A stretch of DNA of 64,000 nt from Chthoniobacterales bacterium. GTDB lineage: Bacteria > Verrucomicrobiota > Verrucomicrobiia > Chthoniobacterales > Chthoniobacteraceae. The translations under genes and the position numbers were made by a program. The notes beneath the pieces are model-generated. The model saw only the letters and a list, made by a program, of their open reading frames with translations. It ran no database searches and was not told the origin of the DNA. The stretch is taken from positions 28,847 through 92,846 of the forward strand of contig JBBQZX010000023.1 in the NCBI GenBank assembly GCA_038207335.1, read 5' to 3'. Shown one piece after another: positions 39,401 through 47,000 of this stretch (position 1 is the first letter of the stretch; the number at the start of each line of letters is the position of its first letter).

Positions 39401-40816
39401 GAGGAGACCGGCCCGCAAACCATTGCTGGATGGGCATCGGCGATCTCGCCGGGGCCCGCGGACGAGGCTGCGCAGGCCGTGAATTTCATCCTGGATGTGA
39501 ACGATTCCACGATCTTCACCACCGCGCCGACGATCGCCCCTGACGGCACGCTCACCTTCACCCCGCGACCCGGCGCAAGCGGCAGTTCGATCGTCACCGT
39601 CCGCCTGCACGACAACGGAGGCACCGCAGACGGCGGAGTGGACACAAGCGATCCCGTCACCTTCACGATTTTCGTCACATCGTTCCGCGAGGAGACGGGC
39701 ACCTACAACGGCCTCGTCCGCGCTCCCGATTCCGCCGCACGCGAGAACCGCCGCGCCGGACTCATCCGCGTCACACTCGCAAAGAGCGGCGTTTTGACCG
39801 GTAAGCTCGTGCTCGGCGGCGTGAGCTACGCATTCAAAGGCAGCGTAGATAACGGCGGCGTCGCGCACTTCGGTCGCGACCGCGCGACTTCGTTTGCGCT
39901 CGTCCACCGAGGCCAGCCCGCGCGTTCGCTTTCATTGAAAATCGACGTCGCCCGCGGCACCGACACCCTCACCGGCGAGGTTTCCGAAGGTGCCGGAGCC
40001 TTCGCAAAAATTGACGCCGACCGCGCGCTCTTTTCCTCGAAGAAAAATCCAGTCGCACCGCTGATGAATGTCGCGTCCGATCTTCTCGGAAAATACACAG
40101 TTCTTTTCGCCGCGAAGTCTCCAGCGGAGGAAGGCCGCGATGCCACCACGTTCCCGCAGGGCGACGGATTCGGCTTCGTCAAAGTGCTCAAAAGTGGGGT
40201 CGTGAAGCTCACCGGCACACTCGCAGACGGCACGAAAATCAGTTGCTCGAACGCGCTTTCCAAAAACCGAACTTGGCCATTTTACGTCCGCCTCGCCAGC
40301 GGCGGGGGGTCCCTCAGCAGCCCGATTACGTTCCGCCCGCAACCCGACATCAGCGACCTCGACGGCCTCGATCTCGATTGGTTCAAACCCATGAGCTCAC
40401 ACGGAAAACGCTACACCGCCGGCTGGCCCACTGGCATCCACCCCGACCTCATCGGCGCGAAATACACCAAGCCTGCCACGAGCGAAAACCGCAGCGTCCT
40501 GCCCGGCCTTGCGCTCTCCGCGCCAGCCGGCAACGCAACCGTGACGCTCACCGGTGCCGACCTCCCGCCCGCCGGAATCGTTAAAACCGTGAACATTGAT
40601 CCGAAGAACAAAGTCTCCGTCGTCGCGCCCGGTTCGGACAAAATCGAACTCACGATCTCCGGTGCGACCGGCGGCTTCCACGGGGAATTCAAAGACCCGC
40701 TCACGAGAAAAACGCTGATCTTCAAAGGCGCGATCCTGCAATCGCAGCAACTCGGCTCAGGCTTTTTCCTCACACCGACCGGTTCCGGCGCAGTGACCGT
40801 CGAGCCGCAATTGTAG
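33431..40816 (+). CDS. Giant secreted protein: prodomain, S8/S53-like serine protease, two Calx-beta-like domains, nidogen-like domain, 10 cadherin-like repeats and ~380-aa C-terminal domain
   Basis: Signal peptide; GVMSDG, DEGTAM, FYGTSAAAPH; repeats delimited by VND(A/P/V)P with LED and GPADE motifs. Confidence 0.88.
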   Translation: MNTTHNLRRALLGVRITCILTAVVLLLGKAFAAESIGANTQAQIASLLVEKESRTPAQRKLDSQLIYFSKQTRNQAITPAVVALQTSIEADAVKRVLVDIKATVSQPLLDFIAASGGLVVNEFAAFDAIRAQLPVGFLETLAARRDVRFVAPAGRAQTNLGSVTSQGDRTHRADTARTDFRTNGGSGVKIGVMSDGVDSLAASIASGNLNPNTTVISGQAGSGDEGTAMMEIVQDLAPNAQIYFATAFNGPASFASNILALQAAGCTVIVDDVTYFNESPFQDQQISQAVNTVSAAGVMYFSSARNSGSKDKGTSGTWEGDFADGGAAAVGSKAGRLHDFGGAVTFDTVNSGGSSRRVDLFWADPVGASTNDYDLFVTDAAGAVLRSSTNIQSGTQDPYESTGTLNVGERIVIVKTTAAASRFLHLDTGRGVIAISTPGNVRGHNAAGAANAFSVAATDVNNSPSPNFFVGGASNPVEGFSSDGPRRIFFNPNGTAITPGNFSSTGGTVLQKPDFTAADGGATSVSGFTTFYGTSAAAPHAAAIAALIKSYNPALTPAQIRSLLSSTALDIEGVGYDRDSGSGIIMARAAIQAAPVPPTAIITLPPSVMEGGAAGSGTVTINPVPTSAVTVNLTNSTPTRLTIPASVVVSGGQASVNFSVSAVNDALLNGSPSVSVNASAAGYTGIPANITVIDNETTTLSVTLPATAAEGAPGLTGTVTTAANVGANVAVSLSSNDLTELTVPATVTILSGQNSAAFPLTIVDDGIVDGTQTPTITAQVTGWTSGSGSMLVTDVGARNFLTELFDDSANDTAGATYTFVPIATSSGYTATRGVAAVFPTDPTGGTAISADDDTSTAVTLSGGALVKLFGVSYGTLYAGSNGYLTFGSGDTQYAESVAAHYTLPRISALFDDLDFSAGGTLTYRQLGDRVAVTWQNVPEYATTNSNSFQIQMFFDGRITITILSIVATDGLIGVSPGGGVPANFVETDFSALGTGFIIGPTVSSIANQTILEDQPTIALAFTVSDDRTASSSLIVSALSSNTTLVPVGSIAFGGSGANRTVTVSPAANQIGSTTITMQVTDGDGNTTSVPFSVTVTAVNDAPSFTRGSSQIVLEDAAAQTVAGWATALSAGPANEVSQVLNFIVSNSNNALFSVQPTVAANGTLTFTPAANASGSAIVSVQIHDNGGTANGGVDTSAVQTFTIAVTAVNDVPAFTKGANQSVLEDAGARTVAAWATAISAGAADESAQALDFIVSNTNNALFSTQPAVAANGTLTFTPAANASGSAILFVQIHDNGGTASGGSDTSAAQTFTITVTAVNDAPRFTKGADQSVLEDSAARTVVGWASALSAGPADESGQVLDFIVSNTNNALFSAQPSITVNGTLTYAPAPNANGNAIVTVQLHDNGGTAGGGVDTSAAQTFSIVVDAVNDAPTLSAIANPAAILEDAPGMQTIDLSGISTGSVNESQVLTITAASDNPALIATPSIAYTSPGGTGLLSYAPAANMSGTATITVRVQDDGGTANGGVDAVTQTFTVTVTGVNDAPSFTRGPDSTVLEDAGAQMIPGWAGALSAGPADENGQSLNFIVSNDNASLFASAPAISPGGALSFTTASDANGTATVTVKIHDDGGTLNGGADTSAAQTFTINVTPVNDPPTLNALAPMTVAEDAAQQSVPLAGIGTGAANEVQTLVVTATSSDPAIIAAPAIDFTSPNATGTLRFTPVANANGSATITVTVNDGGAENPTTTRTFTVGVTAVNDAPVFTKGSDQTVNEDSETQTVAIWAGGVSAGPHDEAAQALDFSVSNDNAALFTSPPTLSATGALSYSLAPDANGFATVTVLLHDDGGTANGGVDTSAPQTFTITVVPVNDPPSFLKGADQSARQNAGAQRVPGWATNLSAGPADESGQALDFIVSNDNPALFSVPPAIGPDGALTFTPAADASGTATVTVMLHDNGGTAPGIDTSAAQTFLISTTFVNDAPSFTAGGDQSAAEETGPQTIAGWASAISPGPADEAAQAVNFILDVNDSTIFTTAPTIAPDGTLTFTPRPGASGSSIVTVRLHDNGGTADGGVDTSDPVTFTIFVTSFREETGTYNGLVRAPDSAARENRRAGLIRVTLAKSGVLTGKLVLGGVSYAFKGSVDNGGVAHFGRDRATSFALVHRGQPARSLSLKIDVARGTDTLTGEVSEGAGAFAKIDADRALFSSKKNPVAPLMNVASDLLGKYTVLFAAKSPAEEGRDATTFPQGDGFGFVKVLKSGVVKLTGTLADGTKISCSNALSKNRTWPFYVRLASGGGSLSSPITFRPQPDISDLDGLDLDWFKPMSSHGKRYTAGWPTGIHPDLIGAKYTKPATSENRSVLPGLALSAPAGNATVTLTGADLPPAGIVKTVNIDPKNKVSVVAPGSDKIELTISGATGGFHGEFKDPLTRKTLIFKGAILQSQQLGSGFFLTPTGSGAVTVEPQL

Positions 40817-41052
40817 AGCGGCGAAATTCGCCTTCCGCAACCGCCTCGGCATCGACGGTGCGATGGCCCGCTTCCGGCAGCCGGGGGTCAGTTTTGCAAT
40901 CGATTCACGATGAAGGTTGCACGGTTGCAATGGGTGGAAAATTTGTTTGTCAAAGTGCTTCTATTTTACTGGGACCTCGGCACATCGTCGCAACCGTGAG
41001 GGTCTTTGTAAGGGTGCGCGGCTCTCTTGGTTGACGGTCTGAATTTTGAATT

Positions 41053-44000
41053 ATGAACCTCCTCCCTTGTTCTCTCCGGCTAGCACGTTTTTCGGCGGCA
41101 GCCATTTCACTTAGTCTGCTCTGGGCTGCGCCGATGGCGCGGGCGCAGCAGCAGGGTTTCCCGGCTCCGGTATTCGCGAAGCCGGATGGGGCGGAGCTGG
41201 CGCGGAGGGAGGCGGCACCGGAGGCTTTCGCGCCGAATCTGCCACCGATCCCGACAGCGCAGGTGGGCGGGGTGTGGACTTCGATGGGGCCGGCGCCGAC
41301 GCGGAGTGGCCAGGTGACGGTGCCACCGAATAACGAGATCGCCGGGGCGATCCAGGCGATCGCGGTGCATCCGACGAATCCGGCGATTTTGTATATCGGA
41401 GCGGTGAATGGGGGCGTGTGGCGGACGGCGAATGCGACGGCTGCGACGCCGACATGGACGCCGCTGACGGATACGCAGGGGTCGCAATCGATCGGGGCGG
41501 TGGAGTTCGACCCGACGGATGCGACTTTTCAGACGCTCGTAGCGGGGAGCGCACGGACGAGCAGCTACGGCGCGGTCGGCGGGGCGACAATCGGGGTGCT
41601 GCGGACGACGGATGGAGGAAATACGTGGACGGCGCTGGGAGGCTCGACTTTCTCGAATGAACACCTGACGAGCGTGGCCGCGCGCGGGAATATCATCATG
41701 GCGGGGTCGGACAATCAGTGGTCGGGAGGCGGGGGAAACGGGCTTTTTCGCAGCACGGATGGAGGAGCGTCATTTATACGAATTTCCGGCGGAAGCGGGA
41801 CGGGACTGCCGACGGGGCCGGTGAGCGATCTGGTGGGCGATCCGACGGTGACGACGCGCTTCTACGTGGCGGTGCGGACGGCGGGGATTTATCGCAGCGA
41901 TGACTCGGGGGCGACGTGGACGAATGTGACGACGGGGATCACGGGCATCACGAGCGCGACGACGAAGGTGGAGATGGCGGTTCACAATAATGGGACGACG
42001 AACGCGGTGTGGGTGGGGGTGATCAACAACAACGTGCTTGCGAGTGTGTGGCGCTCGACGACGCTGGGCGCATCGTGGACGCAACTGGATACGCCGCCGG
42101 CATTCAATGGGGCGCAGGGCCAGATTCACTTTGGGATCGCGGCGGATCGGGCGAGTGCGAACATCGTCTATATCTCCGGCGACCGGATCGCGGCTTCGCC
42201 TTTCACGGGGAATATTTTCCGGGGAGATGCGACGCTGGCCACTGGGAGCCAATTCGTGACAATCGTGAACGGGAACGCGGGGAACACGACGCCGCACGCG
42301 GATTCGCGTGAGCTCGTGATGGATGCGAATGGGAATCTCATCGAAGGGGACGACGGAGGCCTGTATCGACGGACATCGCCGCTCTCGAGCGCCGGGACGT
42401 GGGGCTCGGTGATCGGGAATCTGGCGGTATTCGAGGCGCACGATGTGGCCTACGACAGCGTCGCGCATGTGGGAATGGTGGGGACTCAGGATAATGGGAC
42501 GCACATCGAGTCGGCGAATGGATCGCTGATTTGGACTTTCATCGCGGGCGGCGATGGCGGCGACGTGGCGATCGACGATCGGAGCACGCCCGGGCAGTCG
42601 ATCCGGTATGGGAGTTCGCAGAATCTGGGCGGCTTTTTCCGGAGGACTTACAATGCCGCGAATGCGCAAGTGAGCAGCACATCGCCTGCGCTGACGGTGC
42701 TGAATGGCGGAGCGGCCATCGGGGTGCAATTCACGACGCCGATCGAGCTGAACGAGGTGGATGCGACGCGGCTGATCATCGGCGGCTCGAATTCGGCGTA
42801 CGAGTCGCTGAACCGCGGCGATACGGTGACGGCGCTGGCGGATGGCTTCGGAGTGAATGGAACCTTCACCGGAAATCCGATCGCGTATGGCGGGATGCTC
42901 ACCGGGGTGCCCAACCCGGACGTGCTCTACTACGGCTCGGGCTCGGCGGTGCGGGTGCGGACGACGGCAGGCGGGGCGATCACGAATACGACGGCGGCAT
43001 TTCCAGGCGGGACGGTGCAGGACATCGTGCTGGACACGAATGACTGGCGACGGGTTTTTGCGGCGGGCAGCTCGAGCGTCTATGTCAGCGCGAATTCAGG
43101 CGGCGCGTGGACGAATATCACGGGGAATCTGACGGGCGTGGGGTCGATCCACACGCTCGAATTTTTCCGGCTGAGCGGCGTGGACTGCGTGGCGGCAGGG
43201 ACGGACGTGGGGGTGTTTTGTTCCTTCGTGGATAATCTCGGGACGTGGTCGCGGCTCGGGAGCGGCCTGCCGAATGTACTGGTGTACGACATGACATTCA
43301 GCGCGGTGGACAGCGTGCTGGTGGTAGGCACCTTGGGGCGCAGCACCTTCCGCCTGCCGATCGTAAATAACACGGCGACCGTGACGCTACCGGCGAGTGT
43401 GACGGAGGGCGGAGCGTCGGGGACCGGCACGGTGACGCTGAATCCGATCCCGACTGCAAATGTGACGGTGACGCTGTCGGCGAGTGTGCCCGCGCGCTTG
43501 AGTGTGCCGGCTACCGTGGTGGTGACGAGCGGACAGGCGTCCGCAAATTTCACGGTGAGCGCGGTGAATGACGCCATTTTGAACGGCTCGACGACGGTGC
43601 AGGTGGACGCAACGGCGGCGAGCTACGGCAGCGTGCCGGGGTTCATCACGGTCATCGACAACGAGACGACGACTCTCACCGTGACGCTCCCGGCGACCGC
43701 CGTGGAAGGAGCGACGGGACTCACAGGCACGGTGACCACCGCGGCGAATGTGGGCGCAAACGTCGCGGTTTCGCTTTCCTCGAATGACACGACGGAACTG
43801 ATCGTGCCCGCGAGCGTCACGATCCTTTCGGGTCAAAATACCGCGACTTTCCCGCTGACGATCGTGGACGACGGGATCGTGGACGGCACGCAGACGCCGA
43901 CGGTCACGGCGCAGGTCGCGGGGTGGACCTCGGGCAGCCGTTCGATGTCGGTGACGGACGCGGGGGTGCGGAATTTTCTGACGGAGCTTTTCGACAATCC

Positions 44001-47000
44001 GACGACGGATGTGAACGACACGGCGGGGGCGACTTACGCCTTCACGCCGGTGGCGACCTCGAGCGGATACACCGCGAGCCGCGTGGTGACCTCCACCTTT
44101 CCCACCGATCCCACCGGCGGCACGGCGGTCGCCGCGGGCGACGACACGAGCTCTGCGGTGGCACTGACCGGCGGCGCGCTGGTGCGGCTTTTCGGGGTGG
44201 ACTACGGCACGGTCTTCATCGGCAGCAACGGATACCTCACCTTTGGCAGCGGCGACACCACGTTCGGCGAATCGATCGCCGCGCACTATTCGCTGCCGCG
44301 AGTCTCCGCGCTTTTCGACGATCTCGATGTTTCCGCGGGGGGCAGCCTCACATATCGGCAGCTCGCCGACCGGCTTGCGGTGACCTGGCAGGCGGTGCCG
44401 GAATTCAACACGTCAACCTCGAATAATTTCCAGATCGAGATGTTCTTCGACGGGCGCATCTCGATCACGATCCTCGCGATCGGTGCGGTCGATGGTTTGA
44501 TCGGCGTTTCACCCGGCGGCGGGACTCCGGCGAATTTCGTGGAGACGAATTTCAGTGGGCTCCCGGGGCCGTTCTTGATCGGGCCGACGGTGTCGTCGAT
44601 CGCAAATCAAACGATTCTCGAAGACCAGGCGACCAGCGCGCTCGGCTTCACGGTCAACGACGATCGGACGGCGTCCGCGAGCCTCGTACTAAGCGCGCTT
44701 TCGTCGAACACGACGCTCGTGCCGGTGGGCAATATCGTATTCGGCGGAAGCGGCGGGAACCGCACCGTGACTGCCTCGCCCGCGGCGAATCAGAATGGCT
44801 CGGCAACGATCACAGTGCGCGTCACCGACGGCGACGGGAATACCACGAGCGTCCCATTTTCGCTGACAGTGACGGCGGTCAATGACGCTCCGAGCTTCAC
44901 GCGCGGCTCGTCGCAGATCGTGCTCGAAGATGCGACGGCGCAAACGGTCTCGGGATGGGCCACCGCGCTCAGCGCCGGGCCGGCGGATGAGAGTTCGCAG
45001 GTGCTGAATTTCATCGTCTCCAACAACAACAACGCGCTCTTTTCCGCGCAGCCTGCTGTCGCGGCAAATGGCACGCTGACATTCACGCCCGCGGCAAACG
45101 CCAGCGGCTCGGCCACCGTCACCGTGCAAATCCACGACAACGGCGGCATAGCGAACGGTGGCGTGGACACCAGCGCGGTGCAGACTTTCACGATCGCGGT
45201 CACGGCGGTGAACGACGTCCCGACATTCACGAAAGGCGCGAATCAGTCCGTGCTCGAGGATGCAGGCGCGCGCAGCGTCGCCGCGTGGGCCACGGCAATC
45301 AGCCCGGGTCCCGCGGATGAAAGCGGGCAGGCGCTGGACTTCATCGTGAGCAACACGAACAACGCGCTCTTCTCCGCGCAGCCGGCTGTCGCGGCGAATG
45401 GGACGCTGACATTCACGCCCACGGCAAACGCCAGCGGTTCAGCCACCGTCACCGTGCAAATCCACGACAACGGCGGCGGCGTGGACACCAGCGCGGCACA
45501 GACTTTCACGATCACGGTGACGGCGGTGAACGATGCTCCGAGTTTCGTAAAAGGCGCGAACTCGACGGTGCTCGAAGATGCCGGTGCGCAGACGATTCCC
45601 GGCTGGGCGACTGCGCTGAGCGCAGGGCCCGCGGATGAAAGCGGACAGGCGTTGAACTTCATCGTCTCCAATGACAACGCTCCGCTTTTTGCCTCCGCAC
45701 CCGCGGTGTCGGCGGGCGGCGCGCTGACTTTCCTCCCGGCTCCCAATGCCAATGGAACCGCGACGGTTACAGTTCAAATCCATGACAATGGCGGCACTGC
45801 AAACGGCGGCTTGGACACCAGCACGGCGCAGATTTTCACGATCAATGTGACGCCGGTGAACGATGCGCCGACGCTCTCGGCGATCGCAAATCCGGCGGCG
45901 ATTCTGGAAGATGCGCCGGGCGTGCAGACGGTCTCACTCGCGGGCATTTCCACCGGGCCGGTGAATGAAACTCAGACGCTCACGGTCACCGCGACTTCGG
46001 ACAATCCGGCGCTCATTCCGACGCCGTCCATCGCCTACACGAGCCCCGGCGCAACGGGCTCGGTGAACTACGCGCCGGCGGCGAACATGAGCGGCACCGC
46101 GACGATCACGGTCCGCGTGCAAGACGATGGAGGCACCGCGAATGGCGGCGTGGACGCCGTCACACAGACTTTCACCGTGACGGTGACCGGCGTGAATGAT
46201 GCGCCGAGTTTCACGCGCGTGCCGGACTCGACGGTGCTCGAAGATGCCGGTGCGCAGACGATTCCCGGGTGGGCGAGCGCCCTGAGCGCCGGGCCTGCGG
46301 ATGAAAATGGGCAGTCGCTGAACTTCGTCGTCTCGAGCGACAACGCGGCGCTTTTCTCCTCCGCTCCCGCGGTGTCGCCGACTGGCGCGTTGAGCTTCAC
46401 GGCAGCTCCCGATGCAAATGGAACCGCGACGGTTACAGTGCAAATCCACGACGACGGCGGCACAGCGAATGGAGGCGTGGATACCAGCGCGGCGCAGACA
46501 TTCACGATCAATGTAACTGCGGTGAACGACCCGCCGACGCTCAACGCGCTCGCGCCGATGACCGTGGCGGAAGATGCCGCCGAGCAGAGTGTGCCACTCG
46601 CGGGAATCGGCACCGGCGCGGCGAATGAATCGCAGACGCTCGTCGTCACCGCGACCTCCAGCGATCCCGCGATCGTCGCCACGCCGTCGATCGACTTCAC
46701 GAGTCCGAATGCGACGGGCACGCTGCGCTTCACGCCGGTCGCGAATGCCAACGGCTCGGCGACGATCACCGTCACGGTCAATGACGGCGGCGCGGAGAAC
46801 CCGACGGCGACCCGCACATTCACGGTGAACGTCACGGCGGTGAACGACTCACCGGCCTTCACGAAAGGCACCGACCAAATCGTGAACGAAGACAGCGGGG
46901 CGCAGACCGTCGCCGTCTGGGCGGGAAGTATCTCTGCGGGTCCGCCGGATGAAGCGGCGCAGGCGCTCGATTTCATCGTGAGCAACGACAACGCGGCGCT

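Noticed and set aside
40895..40908. LacI-type operator TGCAATCGATTCAC upstream of the second giant gene
   Set aside because: Only an 8-bp palindromic core and no regulator nearby; too weak to call.
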